Source: Acidobacteriota bacterium
Lineage (GTDB): Bacteria; Acidobacteriota; UBA6911
Reading direction: 5' to 3'
NCBI GenBank assembly: GCA_037441325.1
Contig: JBBISO010000002.1
Location: forward strand, 267 to 31,142
Length of the DNA: 30,876 nt
Shown here: positions 1 through 9,387 of the stretch, one piece after another
Layout: every line of letters starts with the position of its first letter
Position numbering within the stretch: position 1 is the stretch's first letter
Program-made: the position numbers and the translations under genes
The notes under the pieces: generated by a model
Told to the model about the DNA's origin: nothing
What the model saw: the letters and a program-made list of their open reading frames with translations, nothing else
Database searches by the model: none

Positions 1-399
1 CGGCATCCGGGCATTGGGCGCATCGGGCATAATCTCCCGCAGGTGATTACGTCTATATTGGTCTCGAATCAAGGCAACGCCCGCCGAATCGATAGACACA
101 GGAACTTGATCCGGCCGTTCGACTGAATACAAATAGGGTATCAAGGGAATGGCGATCCAGTCATAGCCGCCAATCCGGTTATAGCGGCTGATAACCGCTC
201 CGGTCTCCCCGGCTTGGCAGCGCCTCAAGGCGGTTGGTGAATCCGCGCATACTCGCGACAGATAAACGGCGGCGTGCCCGGTCGGGTTAAAAGTCCCAAA
301 AGCTCCGTAGGGTTGCTGCAATAGGAGGGCGACGTCGGCGCGCAGCTGAGCCGCGGTTAGAAGAAGCAGCGGCAAAAGCAACCACGATTTATTCCGCAC
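1..399 (-). CDS. Exported hypothetical protein, 5' part only (runs off the window start)
   Basis: Open minus-strand frame from GTG at 399 to the window edge, translated by hand: (M)RNKSWLLLPLLLLTAAQLRA-DVALLLQQPYGAFGTFNPTGHAAVYLSRVCADSPTALRRC...GGYDWIAIPLIPYLYSVE. Signal-peptide-like N-terminus; resembles a hypothetical family I recall from Acidobacteria. Absent from the ORF track because it has no stop in the window. Start could be TTG at 423. Confidence 0.75.
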   Translation of the reverse strand, partial: MRNKSWLLLPLLLLTAAQLRADVALLLQQPYGAFGTFNPTGHAAVYLSRVCADSPTALRRCQAGETGAVISRYNRIGGYDWIAIPLIPYLYSVERPDQVPVSIDSAGVALIRDQYRRNHLREIMPDAPNARMP

Positions 400-534
400 A
401 ATGGCGATGCCTCTCAAACTCAATGCAATTTCCTCAAGCCGGTGGTTCCGAATATAACCGGCACTTGAGAGAAAACGCAACCATTAAGACGCCCGTTTCT
501 CGAGCCCGCTTGCGGCGGGCCGAGCTCTGTCCGG

Positions 535-1470
535 TCAGTTTGCCCCGGCGGGTTTGCTTTCCATCAGTTTTGCCATGGAGTCTTTAACCGCTTCCGCCCA
601 GATTTCATATCCCTTTGTCGATGGATGCAGCCCATCGCTCATTACGTCTTTGGGAATATTCCCTTCAGCGTCGAGGAACTTTGCCCCGATATCCAGGTAA
701 TGAATGCGGTCCCCATCATGCAGCCTGGCAATGATTTGGTTGATTTCGGATATGGTTTGGCGGACCGGATCGTTTGCCCGGCCGCGGGGGAAGACTCCCA
801 GGAGAAGGATTTTTGCTTTTGGAAAATCTTTTTGCATCTGCAATACCACCGCCCCGATTCCTTCGGCAATCTCGGCGGCGGTATTGCGATCGGTGTTATT
901 GGTGCCGATCATCAGCATAACGGCCTTGGGGCTGAAACCTTGGCCTTCTCCGTGCCGGAGCCGGTACAGGACACCCTGGGTCGTGTCTCCCGCGATTCCG
1001 AAGTTTGCGACCTTCAAGTGGCCGAAGTATTTGTCGAATACCGGCTTGCCTGCGAAGCTCCCTTCCGTGTTCCGCCAGAAGTCGGTAATTGAGTCCCCCA
1101 TGAAAAGGACGTCGATGTCGCCCTTTCGGGCTGCTTCAAGATTGGCCTGATGTTTGCTTTGAAAAAATGGAAGAAGGTTTGGGATAGTTGCCGAATTCGA
1201 AGGCGGAACCCTGACGGCGATCAGGCCGGGATATTTCAGGTTAAGCGCTTTGACCTCGGGGTCCGCGGTTTCAAGGAACTTCGCAAGACTGCGCCCGGCA
1301 AGTTGCACCTCTTCGGCCGTGGGTCTTGCAATGGCGACGGCGGCGGGGACGGGAGCGGGTTCAGCCGGCTGCCGCTGGCCGAAGGCATGGATTGCCGCAA
1401 GGTTTACGGAGAGAAGAATTCCAAGGCTGCGGGACAGCAGGGAAAATTGTGATGGAAATAAGCGTTTCAC
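535..1470 (-). CDS. SGNH/GDSL-family esterase/acetylhydrolase, exported
   Basis: SGNH blocks: FMGDSITDFW (Ser), NFGIAGDTT (Gly), MIGTNN (Asn), DGLHP (Asp/His). N-terminal hydrophobic signal followed by a Pro/Ala linker. Confidence 0.92.
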   Translation of the reverse strand: MKRLFPSQFSLLSRSLGILLSVNLAAIHAFGQRQPAEPAPVPAAVAIARPTAEEVQLAGRSLAKFLETADPEVKALNLKYPGLIAVRVPPSNSATIPNLLPFFQSKHQANLEAARKGDIDVLFMGDSITDFWRNTEGSFAGKPVFDKYFGHLKVANFGIAGDTTQGVLYRLRHGEGQGFSPKAVMLMIGTNNTDRNTAAEIAEGIGAVVLQMQKDFPKAKILLLGVFPRGRANDPVRQTISEINQIIARLHDGDRIHYLDIGAKFLDAEGNIPKDVMSDGLHPSTKGYEIWAEAVKDSMAKLMESKPAGAN

Positions 1471-1515
1471 TCTATACCTCCGGGGAAATTCTTAAAAGCC
1501 TCAAGCCCTTGATTA

Positions 1516-1592
1516 TTAGCCCGCATTCTCACAAGGCCGCGCCACGAATCAGACATATGCGGACGAGGCGCAGCGATGGAAATATGGGTCAA
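1516..1592. repeat. Short internally deleted copy of the CCYGCATTT-ended miniature element
   Basis: TTAG-CCCGCATTCTCACAAGG at 1516-1536 nearly matches TTAA-CCCGCATTTCTCACAAGG at 5075-5096. Degenerate right end GAAATATGGGTCAA at 1579-1592. Confidence 0.55.
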
Positions 1593-1814
1593 CTTCAAAG
1601 CTGTCTTACAACCCACATATTCCAAGCGGAAACAACCGCTGTCAACATGGAATTCTCGGGATAAAGGGGCAATCTCGGAGCCGGCGTGATTATATTTTGC
1701 GCATTGCGCCTTTGTTGTTGATAACGAGAAGAAATTGGGTAAGGCTAAAGGAAACGCGGCCGGCGTTTTTCCGGCCGGGATTGGCAACCGCCTGCAAAAG
1801 CGGAGGGCATATCG

Positions 1815-3635
1815 ATGAGGAAATCTGCATGGATAGCGACAATAACGGCTGCGGTTTTCATGAGTGTCGGCTCGCCGGCCGTTTTGGCGCCGGCGGCGCC
1901 CGAAGTTTCTTTGACCGTGATGAATCCCCGCGGGGAAATCGCGCCCCCGCCGCTTCTGGCGATCCGGGCGCGAATCTCCGATCTGTCCGGAAAGAAGATC
2001 GGAATATATTGGAACGGGAAAGCAGGGGGCAATCATTTTTGGAATGTAATTGAACAGCTTATGAAAGAAAAGCTCCCCAAGACGGCCGTCTTGCGTTATG
2101 ACGGCGCTTACGAAGTCAGCGAAACGGAGGCCCTCAAAATCGCGTCGGAAGTGGACGCCTTCTTATATGGCGTGGGAGACTGAGGATCCTGCACTTATGT
2201 CGGCGTGTCCGGCTACACCAGGATCGAAAAGCTGGGGAAACCCGGCGTGTTGGTCTGCACCGACAACTTTTACCTCGACGCGCTATCGGCGGCCGAGGAC
2301 TTCGGAATGCCGAAGGCGCGGCTGATCACTCTTCCTGCCGCTGATTTTTACCGGCTCAGAACGAGCGAAAAAGCAATCAGGCCGGTGGCGGAAGCCGCCG
2401 TCGACAAACTCATTGATGGCTTGAGACGCCCGCTGAGTCCGGAAGAGGCAAGCGTCACCGCAAAGAAGGAAGCCCTTGAGCCGGTCGCGGTCTCGGCAGA
2501 CAGTTACGCTCACGCAGTAAGAAAATTCAACGAGGTGTTCCTTGCGAATCGCTGGAGTGATGGGTTGCCCCTGGTCCCGCCGACCAAAGAAGCGGTTCAG
2601 GAGATGCTAAAAGGGACAAGCCGCTCTCCCAGCGAAGTGATAGGAACCGTCGCTCCCAAGAATGGAATCGTCACCATAGAGAAAATCGCGATCAACGCGG
2701 TCATGGCGGGGGCCCGGCCGGAATACCTGCCGGTCATTATCGCGGCCATGGAAGGGTTTACGGATCCGGCCTATGACGATCTGCACATTTTGACTTCGAG
2801 CGGTTCCTTCAATTTGGCGATCATGGTGAGCGGGCCGATCGCGAAGGAAATCAACGTGAATTCGGGGATCGGCATGCTGGGTTACGGCTGGCAGGCCAAC
2901 AGCACCATCGGGCGCGCAGTGAGACTGATCACGATCAACGCGGGCCGCTTGTGGCCTGCGGAAACCGATATGGCGCTTATTGGCCGGCCTTCCTCGCAAT
3001 TCTATGTTTTTGCGGAAAATCATGATCTCAGCCCCTGGGACCCTTTCCACGTGAGTCAGGGATTCAAACCGGAAGACAGTTGCGTGACCATATCCAGCGT
3101 AATGAGCTCTCCCGGCAATAATTTTGGGGGAGGAGCGGTTGAGCCGTGGACCCCGCAGCAGATCCTGGACAATATCACGAGGACTTTGCTGAGCAGCCGG
3201 CCGGCGATGCCCGGCTGGAAGCGTGGAGGGCCGAATCCCGGCCCCATGAAACACATTTTGATTTTCCAGCCGGAACTCGCAATCGAGCTGGATCGGCTTG
3301 GACACAAGCGGCCGAGCCTGCAGAAGCTTCTTTACGAACGCGCGACCATACCGTATGAGCAGCTTACGCCCGCCGAGGTCGCGTCCGTCAAGCGGAGAAT
3401 CGAGTCGGGGGAAATTTCCCCGGACCGCGTGCCCGTGTTCAGGGAAGCTCTCAAGCCCGGAGGGAAGCTGCCGATTTTGGACGGGCCGGAAGACATTCGC
3501 ATTGCTGTGGCCGGCGGCATCCCGGGGTATACGTTCGGCATGATGTATTACCGGGAAGGATTATACGCGCCGACCTCGGACCAGACCAGAAAGATCCGCG
3601 GCGCCACCCTCACCAAAGCCGGAAGGGGAAACTGA
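1815..3635 (+). CDS. UGSC-type selenoprotein (Sec123, UxxC motif) fused to a C-terminal 'WSDGLPLVPPT' domain of unknown function; 606 aa; predicted signal peptide
   Basis: Track ORFs 1815..2183 and 2205..3635 are in the same frame, separated only by TGA 2181-2183. Context GGC GTG GGA GAC TGA GGA TCC TGC = GVGD-U-G-S-C. SD GGAGGG at 1802-1807. SECIS-like hairpin follows the UGA, and tRNA-Sec is in the same window. Confidence 0.9.
2185..2225 (+). promoter_or_regulatory. Putative bacterial SECIS element
   Basis: Lower stem GATCCTG (2185-2191)/CAGGATC (2219-2225), 7 perfect bp. Upper stem GTCGG (2199-2203)/CCGGC (2209-2213). Apical loop CGTGT with G at position 2, starting 21 nt after the UGA. 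Folded by eye. Confidence 0.75.
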
Positions 3636-3641
3636 CGAACC

Positions 3642-5078
3642 ATGAGCGAGACAGCAGCGCAAGCGCAGGCCGGCGCAAATGGTTCGAAATCGACAAGGGA
3701 GATTGTGGGAATTCTGAGCGCGATCGCCGCCGGCGGCATGGTCCTGCTCCTCCCAACGCCGGATGGGCTCTCGGCCACAGGCCACCGCCTGGCAGCCCTT
3801 TTTGTGGCGACCCTCATCCTCTGGTCCACGGAAGCCCTACCCATCGCAGTCACTTCCATCATGATCCTGGCGTTTCAGCCGATCCTCGGCATCAAGGCCA
3901 TCGGGCCGGCGATCGCAAGTTTCATGAGCCCCATATTTTTCTTTGTGCTCCTGATGTTTATTGTTGCCCTGGCATGGGTCAAGACGGGACTGGCCCGAAG
4001 ATTCGGGCTGTGGATGATATCCAAGGGAGGCACTGACACAAAGCGCGTGGTTGTGGCCTTCATGGCCGGCTCTGCCCTGATCTCAATGATCGTCTCGGAT
4101 GTGCCCTGCACCGCGATCTTCATGGCCCTGGCGCTGAGCATATTCAACAAGCTGAAACTGCAGCCCGGACGGTCAAATTTCGGCAGGGTTTTGATGCTGG
4201 GCATTCCCATTGCCGCTCTGATAGGGGGCATTGGCACGCCTGCCGGCAGCTCGATCAATTTGCTCGGGCTCCAGATGATCGAGGAAAACGGAGGCGCGCG
4301 CATCCCATTCGTTCACTGGATGGCCATCGGAGTTCCGATGGCCGTTGTTCTGCTCCCCATCTCGGCCTGGGTGCTGCTGAAGATCTTTCCGCCCGAGTTC
4401 GGGTCCATCGGGGATATGAGCGGCATACTAGAAGATCGGCGCCAGATGGGGCCGGTCACGGCCGATGAGTGGAAGGTCATCGCGATCATGGGCGCAATGG
4501 TTACCTTGTGGATCTTGAGCTCGTGGTTTCCTTTGCTCAGCGTATACACGGTAGCGCTTTGCGGCGCCTCCGTCATGTTTCTGCCCGGAATAAAACTCTT
4601 TTCGTGGAAAGAAGCGGAAAGCGCCATCAGTTGGAGCACCCTGATGCTGATCGGAGGCGTGACGTGTCTGGGCACGGCCTCAAGCAGCACGGGTCTGGCG
4701 AAATGGCTTGCGGATGCCGTATTGGGCGGCGTTCCCGGCTGGAGCCTGGTGACGGGTCTTGTCGTCATCAGCGCCTTCACCGTTGTCATCCATCTAATGC
4801 TGCCTATCGCGCCCATCATCAACGCGGTCATGATTCCGCCCATCATGGCCATGGGCGCCGCCGCGGGCGCAGAGGCGACGCTGTATGCGCTGCCGGTGAT
4901 CTTCACCGCTTCCTGCGCGTTCCTGCTGCCGCTGGATGCGGTGCCTCTGGTTACTTATGCGAAGGGCTATTATCGGTTCTTCGACATGTTCACCCCCGGC
5001 CTTATCATCAGTATCGTGTGGGTTTTCGTTATGGCCGCCGCCATGGTGCTGATCGGCCCCATGCTGGGGCTCCTTTAA
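3642..5078 (+). CDS. DASS/SLC13-family anion (di/tricarboxylate or sulfate-type) transporter
   Basis: About 12-14 hydrophobic segments. WSTEALPIAVT, SMIVSDVPCT (SNT-like hairpin motif), GGIGTPAGSSIN, and C-terminal FLLPLDAVP (FMLPVATPPN-like). Confidence 0.9.
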   Translation: MSETAAQAQAGANGSKSTREIVGILSAIAAGGMVLLLPTPDGLSATGHRLAALFVATLILWSTEALPIAVTSIMILAFQPILGIKAIGPAIASFMSPIFFFVLLMFIVALAWVKTGLARRFGLWMISKGGTDTKRVVVAFMAGSALISMIVSDVPCTAIFMALALSIFNKLKLQPGRSNFGRVLMLGIPIAALIGGIGTPAGSSINLLGLQMIEENGGARIPFVHWMAIGVPMAVVLLPISAWVLLKIFPPEFGSIGDMSGILEDRRQMGPVTADEWKVIAIMGAMVTLWILSSWFPLLSVYTVALCGASVMFLPGIKLFSWKEAESAISWSTLMLIGGVTCLGTASSSTGLAKWLADAVLGGVPGWSLVTGLVVISAFTVVIHLMLPIAPIINAVMIPPIMAMGAAAGAEATLYALPVIFTASCAFLLPLDAVPLVTYAKGYYRFFDMFTPGLIISIVWVFVMAAAMVLIGPMLGLL

Positions 5079-5269
5079 CCCGCATTTCTCACAAGGTTCT
5101 TACTGCGGCGGCGCATCCAGGCATGTGTACTGCATTTTGCTGCCCGTGGGGACGGCTCTCCAGCAGCCGTCCTGGGCGGGTCTGGAGACCCGCCCCACAT
5201 GTCGCGCGCCTTGTATCCACACCCGTCTGCGACGCCTCGCGACGAAACCTTTAGAGAAATGCGGGTTAA
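5075..5269. repeat. 195-bp MITE/REP-like element with perfect 16-bp terminal inverted repeats
   Basis: TTAACCCGCATTTCTC (5075-5090) and GAGAAATGCGGGTTAA (5254-5269). Internal palindrome GGGCGGGTCT-GG-AGACCCGCCC (5174-5195). Left end overlaps the TAA stop of the transporter. Confidence 0.85.
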
Positions 5270-5274
5270 TGTCG

Positions 5275-6729
5275 TCAGACGCCGATGGTCTTTCTGGCGG
5301 CAATTTCGTGTTGCATCTGAAGGACGTGCGCCTCCTCGATTCGGTATCCGAAATAGAAGATCAGCGCGGCGATGGCATATCCGGCAGCCGGCGTGAGCGT
5401 CATCATGGATCGGATGCCTTCAATCACCCGCGGAGTGGGAGCCGCATTCGCCACGAATCCTATCGCCATCAGCCCCATGGTCACCGCGGCGCTTCTGATT
5501 AACACACCTGCTTTGATGGGAAGGTTCATTAAAGCCATGGTAAAGGCTCGGATGTTCTTGCCGGTCTTCCATTCTCCATAAACCACGGTGTCGGCAAACA
5601 GGGCCGTATTCATGGATGTCGCTACGGACACGAGCATGGTGGAAACGCAAAAAATCAGGGTGAATCCCCAAGGCCCGGCATCCAGAAATCCGGCGGAAGC
5701 AAATCCGGCCGCCGCCAGCGCGAAGAAGGTCCAGTAGGAATTGCGTTTGCCGAATTTGATTCCGATCAACGGAGCAACCAAGGTGCCGATTAATCGCGCG
5801 ATGCTGATCGCCAATATGAATAGAGACAAGAAGGCTGGATTGCCGGCGACATAAGTAAAATAAAATATGGCGAGAGAGGTGATGATAAAAAAACTGGTGC
5901 TGCTGAATACCTGCGTGAGGATTAAAAGCATAAGCGGGGGATTCTTGAATACCAGGCCGACGATTTCCTTCAGGGGTTGGCCGGATTTGTTTTGGGAAGT
6001 GTCTGCCGCCATTTCATCGTAAGGATCTTTGCCGGCGGTGATCCAGTATATATACAAGTAGCCGAGAATCATCAGCAAAGCATAGACACCCGCGGTGATC
6101 GTGACTCCTGTTATTTTGTTGGTGAGCGCCCCGAAATACAGGATCATGGGCATCGCGCTGGCGGAAAAAATCAGGCCCGCCACGGATATGCCCTGCGCCC
6201 GGCTGGCGGACAATATGGTCCTTTCATCGGGCAGTTGGCTAAGCCGACCCAACAGCGCGCCGCTGGCGGATACTACCACGTTGAACAGGAGATGGCTCGC
6301 GATAAAGCCGAATACGACAATCACGGCCGCCGTCAGATTGCCCCCAATCTTCGTAAATTGCAGGACGAATAACGGAGCGACGGCGGGAGGCCCGATTAGA
6401 AGCCACGAGCGGTATTTCCCGCCGTATTTTAGGGTCACCTTCTGGAGGATGACGCCGCCCGCGAGAGCGCACACAATATCGACCAAGCTGGTAAAGCCGA
6501 GGATCTCTCCGGCAACGATCAGTGAAAACTGGGCATAATCCGTGAGAAATGCGGTAAAAAAAAACACCTCCATGCTGATCATCAGGTTGAAAAAAAGATC
6601 CGCGGCTCCGTAGGTGTACAACAAAGTCTTCTTCAATCTCTCGGCCCTTTTTACTCCGACAGGAATTCCGATCGCGGCTCCGACCGCTTCCTGGGAACCG
6701 GGATTGTGCGGGCTAGGGACTTCAGGCAT
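5275..6729 (-). CDS. MFS glycoside-pentoside-hexuronide (GPH, MelB/GusB-like) cation symporter
   Basis: YTYGAADLFFNL N-terminal motif, KYGGKYRSWLL, ERTILSASR, NPPLMLL, ADTVVYGEWKTG (GPH signature); 12 TM pattern. Start placed at ATG 6729; the track extends to 6750. Confidence 0.9.
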   Translation of the reverse strand: MPEVPSPHNPGSQEAVGAAIGIPVGVKRAERLKKTLLYTYGAADLFFNLMISMEVFFFTAFLTDYAQFSLIVAGEILGFTSLVDIVCALAGGVILQKVTLKYGGKYRSWLLIGPPAVAPLFVLQFTKIGGNLTAAVIVVFGFIASHLLFNVVVSASGALLGRLSQLPDERTILSASRAQGISVAGLIFSASAMPMILYFGALTNKITGVTITAGVYALLMILGYLYIYWITAGKDPYDEMAADTSQNKSGQPLKEIVGLVFKNPPLMLLILTQVFSSTSFFIITSLAIFYFTYVAGNPAFLSLFILAISIARLIGTLVAPLIGIKFGKRNSYWTFFALAAAGFASAGFLDAGPWGFTLIFCVSTMLVSVATSMNTALFADTVVYGEWKTGKNIRAFTMALMNLPIKAGVLIRSAAVTMGLMAIGFVANAAPTPRVIEGIRSMMTLTPAAGYAIAALIFYFGYRIEEAHVLQMQHEIAARKTIGV

Positions 6730-6837
6730 TTTACAAAACCTTCGAAACAAATTTCTTTTATGCGTGCAATCTCAGGCGGCATTGGTCAATATACCACAAG
6801 CATAATCTCAATAGCTCCAACAAGGAGGCATATCGTT

Positions 6838-8358
6838 ATGACTGCCAAAGACCTCAAATCTGAAATTGTGATTATCGGGGGCGGGGGCGCCGGGCTGGCG
6901 GCAGCCATTGCCGCGGCTGAAAACGGGAGCAATAGTATCCTCGTTCTGGAGAAGGCGGGCTCGGCAGCCGGCAGCACGGCCATGGCCCACGATATTTTCG
7001 GCGCGGAAAGCCCGGTTCAGAAAAGGCAGGGCGTGGATGCCCGCCGGGACGAGCTTTTTAGGATCGCCATGGAATGGGCGCACTGGACGAAAATCAATCC
7101 CAGAATCGTGCGCGCGTTTATCGACAAATCCGGCGACACCATCGGCTGGCTGGAGAAAAAGGGATTGAGTTTTGAGCTCATACAATATTTTCCCAATCAG
7201 GTGCCCCTGGTCAGGCATTCGGTGAAAGGGCACGGCAACGCGTTGATGAAAACGCTGCGCGATAATTGCCGGGAACTGGGAGTGAAAATACTCACCCGCA
7301 CGCCGGGCCGGAAGTTGGTGCGCAACGAAAACGGCAAAATCAGCGGGGTCATGGCCGAATCCAAGGAAGGCGAGATCAAAATCGCGGCCGGGAGCGTCAT
7401 TATTGCCACCGGAGGCTACGGCAACAACAAGGAGATGCTGAAGAAATATTGTCCGCACTACCATGACACCATTACCTACGACGGTCCCCCCAGCAACACG
7501 GGAGACGGGATTATAATGGCTGCCGAAATAGGAGCGGCAACCGCAGGCCTGGGAACGGTGAATATCCACGGGCCTTTCCTCCGGCCGAAATCGGATTCGG
7601 AAATAATGAAGATAGACGCGCCTGGCCCGGACGGGTCGCCTATACGAATCAGTTTATGGTTTCTCGCATGGGAGCCGGAGATGCTCTGGGTCAACAGATA
7701 CGGCAAGCGGTTTGTCGACGAGGGTTATCAGCTTGCTTTTTTCGCCTTCGGAAACGCCGTCGCCCTGCAGCCGGACGGCATCACCTATACCCTTTTCGAC
7801 CATAGGACATTGCGGATTATTGAGAACGAGGGGTTGATAAGACCGGGAGCGGCCTCACACGCGAACTGGCTCCCCGTATCCGCAGCCACTCCGCTGCCCG
7901 GGTTGGAGCGGGAAGTGAGGAAACAGGCGGATAAGGGCGAATTGAAGATTACCCACTCATGGGACGAGATTGCCGGCTGGATGGCAGCCGACCCGGATGT
8001 TTTGCAGGCCACGATAACAGAATACAACGCCTTTTGTGACGATAAGCACGACGCCCTTTTTGCCAAGGATCGGAGATATCTGCTCCCCTTGCGGACTCCT
8101 CCTTATTACGCCATCAAGGGCCACCTGGGCCTGTGCGATGCGTACGGCGGGATCAAAATAAATGAGAGAATGGAAGCGCTTGACACCAAAGACAAGCCGA
8201 TTCCCGGCCTTTACGCCGCCGGTTCAACCACCGGCTGCTGGGAATCGGAAGCCTATTGTTACCGGCTTACAGGGCATCTGGTCGGATTCGCTCTCAACTC
8301 CGGCCGCATCGCGGGAGAAAATGCCGTTAGATATTTATCGAAAATAACAGGAGGATAA
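6838..8358 (+). CDS. FAD-dependent oxidoreductase, fumarate reductase/succinate dehydrogenase flavoprotein (FAD_binding_2) superfamily
   Basis: IIGGGGAGLAAA Rossmann motif, ATGGY, NTGDG, WVNRYGKRFVDE, IPGLYAAG. SD AGGAGG at 6823-6828 precedes ATG 6838; the track start at 6706 is too far upstream. Confidence 0.88.
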   Translation: MTAKDLKSEIVIIGGGGAGLAAAIAAAENGSNSILVLEKAGSAAGSTAMAHDIFGAESPVQKRQGVDARRDELFRIAMEWAHWTKINPRIVRAFIDKSGDTIGWLEKKGLSFELIQYFPNQVPLVRHSVKGHGNALMKTLRDNCRELGVKILTRTPGRKLVRNENGKISGVMAESKEGEIKIAAGSVIIATGGYGNNKEMLKKYCPHYHDTITYDGPPSNTGDGIIMAAEIGAATAGLGTVNIHGPFLRPKSDSEIMKIDAPGPDGSPIRISLWFLAWEPEMLWVNRYGKRFVDEGYQLAFFAFGNAVALQPDGITYTLFDHRTLRIIENEGLIRPGAASHANWLPVSAATPLPGLEREVRKQADKGELKITHSWDEIAGWMAADPDVLQATITEYNAFCDDKHDALFAKDRRYLLPLRTPPYYAIKGHLGLCDAYGGIKINERMEALDTKDKPIPGLYAAGSTTGCWESEAYCYRLTGHLVGFALNSGRIAGENAVRYLSKITGG

Positions 8359-8694
8359 GCAAAGATAGCCGAAAACGGCCCTGAGCCGGCCATGCTTCCT
8401 CCAGCGCACAGCCGCCGATCGGGATAAAGCGCCAAGCCATCAAAGACCGTACATCGCCTTCCAGTTATACTGGAAGTTCTGGAAGCGCTAAATCAAGGGC
8501 AGGCTTTGTTCACAGTACCACCCTTTAGAAACGGCAGCTGTCTGAGATGCTTCAATTGACCAGTCCGCGCCAAATAATCGAAGAGTAGGCTTTGAGCAAA
8601 GGAGTTTTAAAATCGTCGCTCTCGCTATCTTCGGCAGCGGATTCTCATGCTATCCTTGTAAAACCACAACAAAGCGATTTTCTATGGATTAACA

Positions 8695-9387
8695 ATGTCG
8701 GAGCCCGAATATCCTCACTATCTCAAGCACAGGCAACGGCTACGTGATCGTTTCCTCAAAACCGGCCTTTCAGGCTTTGCCGATTATGAGGTGGTGGAAC
8801 TGCTCCTTACACTTTGTATCCCCCGTAAGGATGTAAAGGAACGTGCGAAAGCGCTGCTGGCAGCATTTGGGACACTACGCGGCATTCTCGATGCACCAAT
8901 CTCCGAATTGAAGAATGTGGAGGGAATTGGAGAGGTGACACCCGTGGCGTTGCGTATCATCCGTGAAGCAGCAAATTTGTATTTACAGCAGAAAGCCGAA
9001 GGTTTGCCTTTTTTGGCTTCGCCTGAGGCTCTTGGATTTTTTTGGCGAAGCCGGCTCGGGAGTTTACCTAATGAAATCTTTGAAGTCGCCTATCTGGATT
9101 CCGCGTACCGGCTCATCCGGAATGGAATTGAAACTCTTGAGGAAGGCACCATTGATCGGGCTGCGGTTTACCCGCGGCGCGTAGTGGAGGCTGCTCTGCG
9201 CCGCGGCGCAGCTGGGCTTGTTGTCGCCCACAATCATCCTAATGGAGACGTGAGTCCATCGGAGCAAGACAAGATATTAACCAGAGCACTTGTGCTGGCT
9301 GCAACTTCTGTCCAGATTAAGATCGTTGATCACCTCATCGTTTCGGCAGATAAGGTATTTAGTTTTCGAGAAGCTGGGTTGCTGTGA
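8695..9387 (+). CDS. radC: RadC family protein (HhH plus JAB domain)
   Basis: HRQRLRDRF, DYEVVELLL, HhH VEGIGE, GTIDRAAVYPR, JAB motif HNHPNG...S..D, DHLIV. Confidence 0.93.
   Translation: MSEPEYPHYLKHRQRLRDRFLKTGLSGFADYEVVELLLTLCIPRKDVKERAKALLAAFGTLRGILDAPISELKNVEGIGEVTPVALRIIREAANLYLQQKAEGLPFLASPEALGFFWRSRLGSLPNEIFEVAYLDSAYRLIRNGIETLEEGTIDRAAVYPRRVVEAALRRGAAGLVVAHNHPNGDVSPSEQDKILTRALVLAATSVQIKIVDHLIVSADKVFSFREAGLL

Noticed and set aside
1782-1796. TGGCA…TGCA resembling a sigma54 promoter upstream of the selenoprotein
   Set aside because: GG-to-GC spacing is 9 nt rather than the required 10.
2205-3635. Track ORF of 476 aa as an independent gene
   Set aside because: GTG start lies inside the SECIS-like loop with no SD; better explained as the C-terminal part of the Sec read-through protein.
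3633-3644. The stop TGA of the selenoprotein is in frame with the DASS transporter ATG (TGA CGA ACC ATG), suggesting a possible second Sec and a giant fusion
   Set aside because: No redox motif around it and no convincing SECIS-like hairpin downstream (only a 3-bp GCG-CAAG-CGC). A soluble exported domain fused to a DASS N-terminus is not needed to explain the data. Treated as a real stop.
8360-8690. Lower-GC intergenic stretch before radC, examined for a small gene or island attachment site
   Set aside because: Only short interrupted frames, and no direct repeat matching the island's right side was found by eye.
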